Shown piece by piece: positions 1 through 11,360 of a stretch of 124,000 nt of DNA. Below the pieces are notes generated by a model, which worked only from the letters and a program-made list of their open reading frames with translations, was not told the origin of the DNA and made no database searches. Made by a program: the position numbers and the translations under genes. How positions within the stretch are numbered: the first letter of the stretch is position 1; each line of letters starts with the position of its first letter. Source of the DNA: Wallemia ichthyophaga EXF-994 (taxonomy: Eukaryota > Fungi > Basidiomycota); assembly GCF_000400465.1 (NCBI RefSeq), contig NW_008806276.1:144001-268000 (forward strand), given 5' to 3'.

Positions 1-577
1 TGTTCACCTGGGACTGATTCGCGAGCTCCTCCTTCAAACCACAGCTGCAGTCAGCACACGCTCTTCTCTTCTTGGTAGTGGGGCAAGAGAGAGGGGTAGC
101 AGGAGCAGCCTTGTCCTCTTGGGTGAGTAACTGGGAAGGATCGATCGGTGGGGCGGATTCAAAGTTCCAAAGTGACTTGGATGGCTTCTGAGAGCGGTTG
201 AGGGAGAGGGAGACGGCGGGAGTGTGTGCTGGCTTGGTGGTTGTGGTTGTGGATGACTGCTCGCTGTTGACTGGAGCGGTGTAACCCGTCAAGATGAGCT
301 GGGAAGACAGCGTGGGTGGTGTGAGCTTGTGGATCGTGAGATTGCCGTTCGGAGCCAGTGCCTGGAAAAGGAGCAGGAACAACTGATCCGAGTTTATCGC
401 GGCATAATCATCCTCCGTGATTGATAGATTTACCTGATCGAAGCTGTTCGCCGGTAGCTCGTAGCCACCCTCCAAAATTCTATCATAAACTAAGTTGAGA
501 GCCGCTTTGTTTTCCTCCACTAGCTTGAGATATTCCTCAGACTTTAAACTTCCAACGAGGAGATGGGCGTTTGTCAT
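1..577 (-). CDS. DRE2: Fe-S cluster assembly protein Dre2/anamorsin (3' end outside window)
   Basis: Hand translation MTNAHLLVGS...LFQALAPNG...CSCGLKEE; degenerate methyltransferase fold plus Cys motif. Confidence 0.8.
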   Translation of the reverse strand, partial: MTNAHLLVGSLKSEEYLKLVEENKAALNLVYDRILEGGYELPANSFDQVNLSITEDDYAAINSDQLFLLLFQALAPNGNLTIHKLTPPTLSSQLILTGYTAPVNSEQSSTTTTTKPAHTPAVSLSLNRSQKPSKSLWNFESAPPIDPSQLLTQEDKAAPATPLSCPTTKKRRACADCSCGLKEELANQSQVN

Positions 578-839
578 CTTGATCGTTCGTAAGCAAGATG
601 TTCAGATAAGAATATGCAGCTCGATATGTAGACATATATCCTAGATAACATTACATCGTTCATTACTCCCCATTCAATTCCGCCCTGCTTCTGATTTCAG
701 TCTATGCAAATTTTCATTGATTACAAAACAGCCAAAGGGGGATTTGAGAAGCGGAGAATGTACTTATGCCATGGATCAATCTGAAATGATACGCATAAAG
801 TGTATCCGGTGAAATTAGAATTTCGAGTCCCTTGCGAGA

Positions 840-1949
840 ATGCTTCGTACGCGGCAATTCAACAAAGCAAGCCAAGCAAGCCAAGCAAGCAAGGGAGGCA
901 AAGGAAGGATTCAAATTGCCAGCTGGAATATACTTTCGCAGTCTTTGATCAAGAGAGAGCTCTATGAGTCGTCAGACTGTCTCAAGATCAAGTCGAGGCT
1001 GCCACGGCTGAAAGAGGAACTGGGCAAGTACGCATCGGATGTGATATGCCTGCAGGAGGTGGACCAATTAGAAGCATTGAAGGATTGCCTGCCACGCCAC
1101 AAGTATGCCAGCTGTTTTGGCACGCAGAATGACAACGCCACACCGAAGAAGCATGGACTGGTGATATTCTACCGCGATAGCTTTACACTCGTGCATTCCA
1201 AAGCGGTGAGCTACGACGAGCACCCCAAGTGGCCACTGTCGCGCAAAACTAATAACGTCGGATTGATAGCCGTGCTGAGCACCGGGGATGAGCCTAGCGA
1301 CGGGATAATCATCGCAACCACTCACCTTTTCTGGCATCCTGCCTTTGTCTACGAGAGGACTCGCCAGACGTACATACTCATCGAGCAGTGCGAGCAGATG
1401 AGGCGGGATATGGCACTCAGTTACCCTATAATACTCTCTGGGGATTTCAACAGCGAGCCACATGAGCTGGTGTATCAGTCCATCGTCGGCGGTAGTATTG
1501 ACGACAAGGAGAGGGAGCGAGTGGGTGTATCGCGTGTCTGCCACGCTAGCGTTAGCGGGAGTGGGCATGTGCCTCCAGAACAAGGCGCGAATCTCCCGAT
1601 AACAAATTCAGTACCCAACGACAATGCACCATCTGTTGATGAGCTGATTGAAGCATTCAGCGATATGCCCAACTTTATTTCCGCTTACGACGCGTGCCCG
1701 GGTGGTGAACAGCGCTATAGCCACAGAGACGCGTCTTTGAAGGGCAGAAAGGGCGCCAACGAGCCTTACCTCACCAACTACATGCCCAAGTATGGAATGC
1801 TGACTTTGGATTACATTTTCCATGAGAGGGATATGGCCACACTGTGTACGCTGGAGGTACCGCACGCAGACACACTCACTGGTGGCCTGCCGAAGCAAGA
1901 CACGACGGCATCGGATCACATAATGATAGCCGCGCAGGTAATGCATTAA
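840..1949 (+). CDS. EEP-family deadenylase/nuclease (Ngl2/CCR4-nocturin-like)
   Basis: WNIL, CLQEVD, THLFWHP, GDFNS, LDYIF, SDH motifs. Confidence 0.85.
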   Translation: MLRTRQFNKASQASQASKGGKGRIQIASWNILSQSLIKRELYESSDCLKIKSRLPRLKEELGKYASDVICLQEVDQLEALKDCLPRHKYASCFGTQNDNATPKKHGLVIFYRDSFTLVHSKAVSYDEHPKWPLSRKTNNVGLIAVLSTGDEPSDGIIIATTHLFWHPAFVYERTRQTYILIEQCEQMRRDMALSYPIILSGDFNSEPHELVYQSIVGGSIDDKERERVGVSRVCHASVSGSGHVPPEQGANLPITNSVPNDNAPSVDELIEAFSDMPNFISAYDACPGGEQRYSHRDASLKGRKGANEPYLTNYMPKYGMLTLDYIFHERDMATLCTLEVPHADTLTGGLPKQDTTASDHIMIAAQVMH

Positions 1950-2071
1950 TGATGTATATTTTATATTCCCTGATTCATGTGCCTAGCCCTCCCTGAATCC
2001 CCGCTTGGTCGACTCGTGCCCCGCTTTCTTAAACAACCAAAAACGAAACCAAAAGAAAATTAATTTGACGT

Positions 2072-5000
2072 ATGGGCTGTTGTAATTTCCTATTACCACA
2101 GAACAGCACGGGTAAATTAGTCGATGGATGCTACACCCACACAGAGCACCCAGATAGCAGCGCGGTGAGCAAGCTCATCTCCCAGCTGCACGCGCCCAGC
2201 AAGCAGCAGGCGACAGGTGGAGCATTGCTTAAGCACATGCGGGCAGCCAGCCGCGTCTACCACGACCCACGCAAACGGAGGTGTGTGCGCTGTTTAAATC
2301 CGGAGTTACGCGCCGCTGACCGGATTATGAGCAGTGTGGTCCACGCGACGCTGCGTATTTTGCAACAAATAAACTCACAGACGATGCCCGATGGCGCGCT
2401 CTACACGCACACGCTCCTCATCATCGATACAGCGCTTTCCCCACCCATTCCGCCTGACTTGCAACTGCGCGAGCTAGCGGTGACTCTTGTGGGTGGCGTG
2501 CTTGGGGATGTGTTCTATACTCATACACTCCCACAGCTCAGAAATACCCTGCTGAAAAACCAACACGCGGAAATAGCACATGAGTGCATTACGTCATTCC
2601 ACTCGATTCTCTACAGACTCAACGGTATGGGCAGTCTGGACGACGCGGATGAGAATACGCGTAATCGCACGCGTAGGATAGCCCTGCTGGGTATAGAGGC
2701 CGTCTTTGAGTCTGATGTCTTGGGTGGATTACCGGTCGACGACCGTCGCAGGGCTATCAACCTGCTTGTTCCGCCGCTCATCGACAATCTTCTTCCCCGT
2801 GACACTAAGCTTGATCTACTCGAGCACCGCGTGTTGCCGTGTATAAGCAACAAGGTCGACGACCGCAACACAGACGATGTGCTTCTCGCCACCATAGCTC
2901 TGCGGGTATACAGGACCATCTACGCACACTCTGCGACAGGGCGGTGGATATCGATGTGCACGAAACCCACACTCGACTCGTTCGACAAACACAAGCGGTG
3001 GCGGGAAGTAGAGTGGGTGTGTTGGGTGTTGGCGCACGCTTTGCAGTGGACACCAGCGCATTACGCAGCCTATATTCCCACGACCATTCTCGACATGCTC
3101 ATTGAAAGCCAGGATACCTTCCCTACGACGACTAAGCAGTCAGGGTACCTGCATATCCTCACCCACCTCTTCACGCGCGAGTCCACAGTGAACGGGCTGC
3201 AGGTGCTAGCTACGCTCGACAGACTCCTCGCTTTCCTCGTTCGCAGATTTAGACTCGATGGGCAGGACGCTCTCGGTCCAATGACGATCGCTGCTGTCGG
3301 AGCACTCGCCAAACACCTCTACTACGCTGACCAGATATCCGATATGGCGGGACGCGTTGTGGTTGTAATCAACGATGTTCAGTTCGCTGATACTACTGAA
3401 CGCCGCGATGACCTACTTCGCCTCCTCCTCTGTGCTCTCGGAGGGGTGATGGCCGAGGCGTATGACGGTCCTTCGGAGGATGGCGCGTTGGGGCTGCAAG
3501 AGGCGGAGAAGACGTCCAAGGCATCTATCTCATCCAAGTCGTCCGTCTCCTCACATTTGCAGCCCTCGCTACAGTCCCCCGCCTCACCCACCTCGCCTAA
3601 GGGTAAGGAGAGAGCGGTGCTAGTGTCAGCAAGGGGCGTAGATGGACGAGAGGCACGCGAGACAAGCAACGGACGCGATAAACCCGATACACACTTAACA
3701 CACTCAACACTCAACACACATAACTCAATTGCACCGCGACCACCTCCATCTCCACCTCAACCTCAAAATCCGCCTCTTTCACAGCAAACTCACACACGCT
3801 CACGCATCTCGCCCACCGATATGGCCTCGACAGTCAGTCTCCTGATAGAGCCGCGTTACAGTGTGCGCGCGGGGTATGTGCGCGCCTTGGCAGGATTCGT
3901 GCAGGGCGAGTTCGCTGCAATACACGTCCACCGCGCCAAGTTGAACTGCTTCCTCACCGCCCTCCATGCTGCCATGTGGGTGTTGGCAACGTGTCGCAAT
4001 CTTGCAGATGTGCCCATCGTGGAAGAGGCAGGCGGCGGCGAGGAGGCGGACGATGGCTATGAGAAGGAGCGGGAGGGCAAAGGTGTGGAGGAGAAGGAGA
4101 AGGAGGTTGAGAAGAAAGATGATAACGAGGAGGAAGATGAGAATGAGAATAACAAGGTAAACAAACACAAGCGGAAAAATAGCAACAGCACGTTGAACGC
4201 ATTAGCACGATTGAAGCAGATGGCAAGCCACCGCCACACAACACCCTCTCTACCGAGCAACACGGCGACGCTAACGGACTATACGCACCTGCTAGGACTG
4301 ATAACGTCGCTACTTCGGCGAGGAGGAGCAGAAACGCTGCTAACGATAGTGCCATTCCTTCGCGCACTCGATGGCTATGCCGTGGAAGTGCAGCTAGGGC
4401 CTGGTCTCCAGACAGCTGGGTCTCGGCGGGGCAGCCAAGCGAGCTGGAGTTGGAGTAGTTTGAATGGAATGACACAACCCCCCGACTTCAACATGGCCGT
4501 CGACGAGCGGTGCAAATGCCGCGCTATCCGCGAGCTTGTCGCTCGTTGCTGGATGGAGATAGGGGAAGGATGGGGCAACGCGACTGTGCGCCAACTTGCT
4601 CGAAAAGGTTTGGACAGATTGGGTGGGAGTGTGCTAGGAACTCCACCACACCTGCACCCAGCAGAAACGCCGTCTTTCACCGTCGCTCCAGCTCCCCCGC
4701 TCCTCTTCCCGAGCGAGGACGACTGGGATGCAGTGCATGACGGAGAGAGCAGCAGAACCGTGACGGGGATCGTCGACGAGGTGGCTGCGATTGAGGAACT
4801 TGCCGGTGATGCTCACGTGCTGCTAGCTACTGGTCTCTCTAGGCTGGAGCTGGATGAGAGATTGAAGAGGGTGTGGACTTTCGATGATGCTGTAGAAGCG
4901 GCGGGGATGTATGCGGGTGCCAAAGGTGTTGCGGATAGCGCGGTAGACGTTTTAATACACCATACCAACCATACCAAACAATCCAACACCAGACACGTTG

Positions 5001-5104
5001 ATGTGTACCACCTCAAAGAAGCACTCTCGAATAGGACAACACCGAACATATCGCGTAATTCAAAGGAAGTGGATGTAGAATTAGTTTTGTCTAGAGCGGA
5101 ATAA
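2072..5104 (+). CDS. EFR3: EFR3 family plasma-membrane PI4K scaffold
   Basis: N-terminal MGCC palmitoylation motif, helical repeats, LAKHLYYADQISDM motif. Confidence 0.75.
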   Translation: MGCCNFLLPQNSTGKLVDGCYTHTEHPDSSAVSKLISQLHAPSKQQATGGALLKHMRAASRVYHDPRKRRCVRCLNPELRAADRIMSSVVHATLRILQQINSQTMPDGALYTHTLLIIDTALSPPIPPDLQLRELAVTLVGGVLGDVFYTHTLPQLRNTLLKNQHAEIAHECITSFHSILYRLNGMGSLDDADENTRNRTRRIALLGIEAVFESDVLGGLPVDDRRRAINLLVPPLIDNLLPRDTKLDLLEHRVLPCISNKVDDRNTDDVLLATIALRVYRTIYAHSATGRWISMCTKPTLDSFDKHKRWREVEWVCWVLAHALQWTPAHYAAYIPTTILDMLIESQDTFPTTTKQSGYLHILTHLFTRESTVNGLQVLATLDRLLAFLVRRFRLDGQDALGPMTIAAVGALAKHLYYADQISDMAGRVVVVINDVQFADTTERRDDLLRLLLCALGGVMAEAYDGPSEDGALGLQEAEKTSKASISSKSSVSSHLQPSLQSPASPTSPKGKERAVLVSARGVDGREARETSNGRDKPDTHLTHSTLNTHNSIAPRPPPSPPQPQNPPLSQQTHTRSRISPTDMASTVSLLIEPRYSVRAGYVRALAGFVQGEFAAIHVHRAKLNCFLTALHAAMWVLATCRNLADVPIVEEAGGGEEADDGYEKEREGKGVEEKEKEVEKKDDNEEEDENENNKVNKHKRKNSNSTLNALARLKQMASHRHTTPSLPSNTATLTDYTHLLGLITSLLRRGGAETLLTIVPFLRALDGYAVEVQLGPGLQTAGSRRGSQASWSWSSLNGMTQPPDFNMAVDERCKCRAIRELVARCWMEIGEGWGNATVRQLARKGLDRLGGSVLGTPPHLHPAETPSFTVAPAPPLLFPSEDDWDAVHDGESSRTVTGIVDEVAAIEELAGDAHVLLATGLSRLELDERLKRVWTFDDAVEAAGMYAGAKGVADSAVDVLIHHTNHTKQSNTRHVDVYHLKEALSNRTTPNISRNSKEVDVELVLSRAE

Positions 5105-5401
5105 ATGTATTTGATTTGTACAAGTGAAGCTTGAAAGGGTTTGAAAGGGTGGACACTAGAAAGTTAAACAAGACACTAGTAATATTGTAGTGAATAGAGA
5201 AAAAGATAGTCAAGGTGAATAGAATGTTGAGTGAATATCCACGCAGGTAGATAGAGGGGGAATCAGAGGATATATTAGACCAGGAAGATATTGCATACAA
5301 AACCATCTGCAAACTCCAAATAAATTATATCCCATTTCTTACACCGTGACAACCGTGACAACAACGACTAGGACGGATACACGTGAAAAGGGGAAATAAG
5401 A

Positions 5402-6851
5402 ATGAGGCAGCCAGCAGTGAGAGTGAGGAGTGAAAATGAGAATAGCAGCAATAGAGTGAGGTATACAGTAAAGCATGTCAAGGATAAGGAGGTTATATCG
5501 CTTGATGATTCTGAGGAGGAGGGGGATAACCCAGGGCAAGTATCCCAAGTATCCCAAGTATCCCAAGTACCCCAACCAGCACCTACACCAATATCCTCAA
5601 AGCCGTCAATTTCAAACACCCGCAAAAGGAGACAGCCAGCAGCTTCAACGAGCAACAACAACGCATCGGCAACCACAATTCCAGCGAAAACACCCTCCAA
5701 GAGAAAGAAAGTACGCGGCAATACACCTCCTTTACCCACTTGCACTCCATTGCCCGTCCCTTGTGACGATAAGGAGGGTCATTTGATTATACTCGAAAAC
5801 GTTGAATTAGACGGGCGTTATAGAATACAGAGACTTCTTGGTCAAGGTACCTTTGGTAAGGTCGTTGAGGCTTATGATAGACTCGCTAGGAAAAATGTCG
5901 CAGTGAAAATTATCAAAAGCATTCAGAAGTACAGGGATGCCAGTAGAATCGAATTGAGGGTTTTGAGCACACTACGCGATAACGATCCCTCCAATGATCA
6001 CAAGTGCATCGAGATGATTGATTGGTTTGACTTTAAGAATCACATTTGCATCGTTTCTGACTTGTTGAGCGAGTCCGTGTATGACTTCCTCAAATCGAAC
6101 AAATTCACTCCCTTTCCCGCCACACACATACAGGAAATAAGTTATCAGTTACTCAAATCCGTCGCATACCTACACACACTCAAACTAGTCCATACTGACC
6201 TCAAACCAGAGAATATCCTCCTCGTCAGCAACAAATCCAAGATGGAATTGGCTAACGACAAGAAACCCCAACGGAAGATTCTCGCTAATACTGATATACG
6301 CTTGATTGATTTTGGTAGTGCGACGTTTGAATCTGAGTATCATTCGAGTGTGGTTAGCACGCGACATTACAGGGCGCCTGAGATTATATTAGGTGAGTTT
6401 CGCTGTTTCAAGAGGCTTACACCTTAGTTAACAATGTACAGGACTTGGATGGTCATATCCCTGCGACGTATTCAGTCTTGGGTGTATAATAATAGAGCTG
6501 ATGACGGGGGAGGCGCTGTTCCAGACACACGACAACCTCGAACACTTGGCTATGATGGAGGTGGTCATGGGTCCAATGCCACTCAATTACCAGAAGAAAG
6601 CGTCGAAAGCGAAACCTGAATATTTTCGTGGATTGAAACTCGATTATCCTAATGGGAATACAACAAAGCAATCGCGAAAAGTGGTAAAGGGGATGAAGTC
6701 TATCGATCAGATAATAAAAGCACGAGATCTTTCTTCACTCCAGCTGATTGATTTGTTGCAGAAGATGCTGACGTTCGACCAAGACGAGCGGATACGAGTA
6801 GATCAAGCGCTAGAACACCCGTACTTTAAATCAAAAATATTTGTAGATTAG
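5402..6851 (+). CDS. KNS1: LAMMER dual-specificity protein kinase (one intron ~6394-6438)
   Basis: GQGTFGKV, HTDLKPEN, EHLAMME signature. Confidence 0.9.
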
Positions 6852-7169
6852 ACAGATCGCACAGATGAAATTCAACCAGTTTGTAAATATAATTGGATTT
6901 TCTATTTCAGGTGGTGGGTGTGGTTGTGTATATGGGGGTATTTGACATGGGCTTATACACACCACAGTCACAGCAACTTGGTGCGTCTTGTTCGCAGATT
7001 TCGGTGAAAAAGAACACGTCTTCTCTGGTGTAAGTGGGGTGCTGTGATGTACGCCTATACCACATCTAACACGCTAAAGATACGCCGTGAATACACAAAG
7101 CAAGCGAATAAATTATTTGAGTTATAGATTCTTATTTGTAGAATATATTCACTTTCCTCTATATCCATC

Positions 7170-8135
7170 ATGTCCACTTCAATTTCAAACCAAGAAGCAA
7201 GCCTGTACGATAGACAGATACGTCTATGGGGTTTATCAGCACAGAACAAGATACGCAGTAGCCACGTTGTACTGGTCAATGCTCTGCGTGGATGCTCATG
7301 CGAAGTCGCAAAGAATCTAACACTCGCCGGTGTAGGCAAGTTAACGCTTATAGTGGAGCATACCGACTGGGATAATGTAAAAGTCGATGGAAGTACAGCC
7401 ATTTTTATACGCGGCGGTGAGAACAATACACAGAGCACAGAGGATACATTCAAATCAAATATCAATAACCTCAATCCACACGTGCAAGTAGAAATTAAAT
7501 CAGTGGACAGCTACAGTAACCTTGTGGACGCGTACAAAACAGCGAATATCGTCATAGCTACAGATCTACAGCCACACAATTACAACGCCATCCACTCACA
7601 GCTCAACCCACTAACACCACTCTACTTGATTGGCACTCTCGGACTGGCTGGGTACGTGATTGTGACGAATGGTTCTGTTGACGCGAGTGGGAGTGAAATG
7701 GTACACAAAACTCTCGACCAACTTACTCAATCAAAACCTGGCACCAAAACACGTAAATTGCGCGAAAAAAGAGATTTGCTGGGTAAATGGAGGGGATGGC
7801 TATTGGTAATGGCGTGGTGGAGTTGGCTAGAAAACGAGAGGAGGAGTGTAACAACAGAGAGTGAGGATGTTGACAGGTTCTACGACACCCTCCTCAATAA
7901 AGCCAAGTATGCTGATTTAATTGATGACAATCCACTGCCATTCACAAAGGCAGACGTAGCTCAGCTTATACCCTCACTCAACACCTCGATAGCTCCCGTA
8001 CATGCCACCCTCGGTGGTTTCATTGCGCAGGATGTCATCAGCGCTATCAGCAGCAAACACCCCGGGACAAATAACGCTTGGAATTGGTTGAGTTATGATG
8101 CCAAATTGGGTGTATTCTCAAGACTTAAGTTGTGA
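7170..8135 (+). CDS. AOS1: SUMO-activating enzyme E1 subunit 1 (ThiF family)
   Basis: LYDRQIRLWG...EVAKNLTLAGVGKLT; LGGFIAQDVI. Confidence 0.75.
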   Translation: MSTSISNQEASLYDRQIRLWGLSAQNKIRSSHVVLVNALRGCSCEVAKNLTLAGVGKLTLIVEHTDWDNVKVDGSTAIFIRGGENNTQSTEDTFKSNINNLNPHVQVEIKSVDSYSNLVDAYKTANIVIATDLQPHNYNAIHSQLNPLTPLYLIGTLGLAGYVIVTNGSVDASGSEMVHKTLDQLTQSKPGTKTRKLREKRDLLGKWRGWLLVMAWWSWLENERRSVTTESEDVDRFYDTLLNKAKYADLIDDNPLPFTKADVAQLIPSLNTSIAPVHATLGGFIAQDVISAISSKHPGTNNAWNWLSYDAKLGVFSRLKL

Positions 8136-8270
8136 GCACGTAAGCGTGTAAATTGAATTGATCTATCTTATTTTGGGTTCAGAACCCACTCGCTAAGTCG
8201 ACTCGGTAATTCCACTCGCTGCAAAGATAGCGCGAGGTTGGATGACGACATGTGATGTGCGCAGGTATAA

Positions 8271-9311
8271 ATGGATTTTGAACGAGAGGGTAAAGTGAAC
8301 GATCAACGAATAAACGAATCAAGTCAACAAGATGACGCTATCATTACCAAGAGGAAACTACGCACCAATCGTAAGCACGCGCAACTGTTACACCACTCAA
8401 ATCACTCAAACCACTCACACCCCCGCCAGCCTACATTCTACGCTAAAGATCAGAATCAATCTGTCGATTTATCAGCCACTGCGCAACATGCACTCAACAT
8501 CGTCAAGGCGGGTGTAGCAGGTGTAGTATGCCAAGGCAGTACTGCCGAATGGGTCAGTTTGAATGACGACGAGAAAAGCAGCATCACGCAAGCCGTCAGG
8601 AAAATTCTCAACGATCATGGTTTCACTCATGTACCAGTGCTTGCAGGCATAGGCGCACAATCCACCAGACACGCCATCCAGCTGGCCAAATCGGCAGGCG
8701 AGAACGGCGCACAGTACGTGCTTTCACTCCCGCCCTCGTATTTCGCAGCAAGTCTCACTCAAGCGGCGTTGGTTGATTTCTATATTGAAGTGGCTACACA
8801 CTCCCCAGTCCCCCTCCTCATCTACTCCTTCCCGGGCGTGTCGAATGGTGTGACGTTGAGCACTGACACTCTCATTACCCTCGCCGCCCATCCTAAGATC
8901 GTCGGTATCAAGCAGACAGACCATGATATCGGTAAGATGACTCGTTTGGCTGGTCTACATTCACAGACGCAACATGAATATGATTTCGCCGTCTTTGCAG
9001 GCGCGTCTAACTACCTAGTGGCCGCCTTGTCCGTTGGTGCACACGGGTCTATTACAGGCGCTGCCAATTACGCTCCCGAGCTCGTGACGGCTGTACAGGA
9101 AGCATACGATGGCGGCGACACGCGACGCGCCGTTGAGCTGCAGAGGAAGCTGGCCGAGTTGGAAGACACGACAGCTACGGGTGGCATCCCCGGCATCAAG
9201 TTGGCCGCTTGTTGCAAATACGCCTATCACAACCCTCAACCGCGCCATCCTGTGCCTTTGTGCAGCGACACTGTCCACAAGAGCATCGTAGCCGCTATGA
9301 AGGGTATCTAG
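8271..9311 (+). CDS. DapA/NAL-family class I aldolase
   Basis: GSTAE, IYSFPGV, IVGIKQT motifs; 5' end may contain an intron. Confidence 0.8.
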   Translation: MDFEREGKVNDQRINESSQQDDAIITKRKLRTNRKHAQLLHHSNHSNHSHPRQPTFYAKDQNQSVDLSATAQHALNIVKAGVAGVVCQGSTAEWVSLNDDEKSSITQAVRKILNDHGFTHVPVLAGIGAQSTRHAIQLAKSAGENGAQYVLSLPPSYFAASLTQAALVDFYIEVATHSPVPLLIYSFPGVSNGVTLSTDTLITLAAHPKIVGIKQTDHDIGKMTRLAGLHSQTQHEYDFAVFAGASNYLVAALSVGAHGSITGAANYAPELVTAVQEAYDGGDTRRAVELQRKLAELEDTTATGGIPGIKLAACCKYAYHNPQPRHPVPLCSDTVHKSIVAAMKGI

Positions 9312-9389
9312 ACATAATGGGCATGTAAATGTAATGCGCACATGTATCGAACCTATCATATACATATAACATATACACACACACGCACA

Positions 9390-11343
9390 TCAAATCATTA
9401 TCCTGTCCTCTATGTCATCGCGCACCCTCTGTATCCACGACTTGGCCGCCGATGCCAACCTCTCAGGATCAATATCGAGGTCGGGGACATTGCCCAAGAG
9501 TTGCTGGTTCTGTGCATTACCTGTGTTCGTTGGCGCTTTGTACACGGTAGGCGCGAAGTGTGTCGCCGCGTCAGCCATCATATCGAGGAATTGACGGCTG
9601 TTAAGGACTGTGTTCCCACCAAGGATAACCCTCGACGCACTTCCCTCTTTAGCCATCTGTTCATTAAGCAGCGTCACACTGCGAGCCTCTTCATAAGTCG
9701 TGCCGCCGACGATAAAGACTATCACCTCCTGCGGTCTGTAAGTATACACACTAGCATCAGGCTGTTGCTGCGTTGGCGAGAAAGGCGCCATGGCAGGATA
9801 GCTGCTCTCTTTTAACCGCCCCTTCATTAGCAGATCTACCGTTTGGGAGAGATGCGGAGTGTGCTGTGTATACACATTCTCAACCCCCTGTAATCCCTTC
9901 AACGCCGATCTGCCCCGACTGAAGAAATTGTCATTCATGAATAAATCATCCTGTCGCTTGTCCGCTCCGGCTAAGTTTAGCATCACATATACCAACGCAA
10001 CCCGATGCTGTGGGATGCCTTGCTGTAACAGTTGCGATACTACCGCCTGGATAGCATTCGATGGCATTTTCTGATAGCGGAGTGCATAGAGAATAGAGAG
10101 ACGCACTTTGCTTTCTTGTGGTATATCGGGGCTGTCTATCATTTCTTTGATGGCCTGGTGATTAGTCGTTAGTGTGAGAGCATATTCGAACTGCATATCT
10201 CCTTGTACACACCCTCAAATCCGATGAATGACTCTCATTGCTAGCGAGCGACTGCTCTAATTCAGACACCTGTAGCAACTTCTTATCATCAACAAGTTTA
10301 GATAGCTCCCCAATCAACGTAACGTGCTTGCTGACGTTGTTGCCTAGCTTTTTCATCTCCGGGTATGACTCAACGAATTTTTTCATATCGCTGATAGTTT
10401 CAATGTTTTTTACACTGTCATTCCCACCTATCTTGGCTTGATAATCACTGACATATTGCTTGACATTTGCACCCAAGTCACCAAAGTTTGCAAAAGCGTT
10501 GCGGGTGTAGAATGAGTCGTTGTCTGAAGTGAGAGATAGAAGAAGTTGCTTCTGAGAAGGAGAAATGTTGTCAAAAGCGCGTAAATCCACTTTATCATTT
10601 TCTAAACCGATCAAATCGTGTACCATTGCTTGATATGTCCATTGAGAGAGAAGTGGAGTGACAGGATCGTTTGTTCTGTCGCATAGGAGTAAGGTGGGGG
10701 TGGATTGAGAAGACCTAAAGTTGAATAGTTGAGACTCTGTATTGATATTGTGGGTAATTGAATCAGCCAATGATTTGCAGAGGTTTGAAGATGATTGGTA
10801 TCTAATGATTGGTTTGCGTTTGAGAGAGAGAAGGAGAGCTGTAAGTGAGTTTGTAGTTGAGTTCAAAGAGTGATTATTCCAAGCATCAGGGTTAGTTGAG
10901 TATAGATTGTGCTTCGTTGGAATGAAATTGAGTGAAAAAAGACAGTCACTGAGAGTTAAGTAGTCTAGGAACAACTCCTGACATTCCTTAACAACAGAGT
11001 AGGTGTCTGATGAAGCAAGAATCTCAATTTGATATTTGGTGAGAGTATTTGAGAAGTACAAGTAGTACTGCGAATAGAGTGGATTCGATAGTTCCAAGCA
11101 GAGGTTGTCTATGGATTGTGCAGTTGGAGTAACGAAGACAATACACTTCAAATGACTTATACGCTGTCTATTCCTATTACCAATCTTATCGATCAAATAG
11201 ATTTCCTTGTTGAGTATATTGGTTTGTGAGGTAATTGAACTTATGTAGCTTATCGTGGTGCTATCAAGTAAAAGCGATTTAATTCCAATGACGTCATTTA
11301 AAAGCTTATCTAAATAATTATGTGATGCCTCAATCAACTTCAT
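9390..11343 (-). CDS. VPS45: Sec1/Munc18 protein Vps45 (one intron near 10.2 kb)
   Basis: DPVTPLLSQWTYQAMVHDLIG, SKHVTLIGELS, KVRLSILYALRY. Confidence 0.92.
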
Positions 11344-11360
11344 GATGGTGAATACCTGCG

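Noticed and set aside
2600-4800. Numerous long antisense and alternate-frame ORFs in GC-rich genes (also at 22-23 kb, 71-72 kb, 81-82 kb)
   Set aside because: Expected shadow ORFs of GC-rich coding sequence, with no recognisable domains.
5533-5570. TATCCCAAG x4 repeat, and AAC/AAT repeats at ~73185-73275 and ~16380-16450
   Set aside because: In-frame coding microsatellites (VSQ, poly-N); no CRISPR-like spacers.
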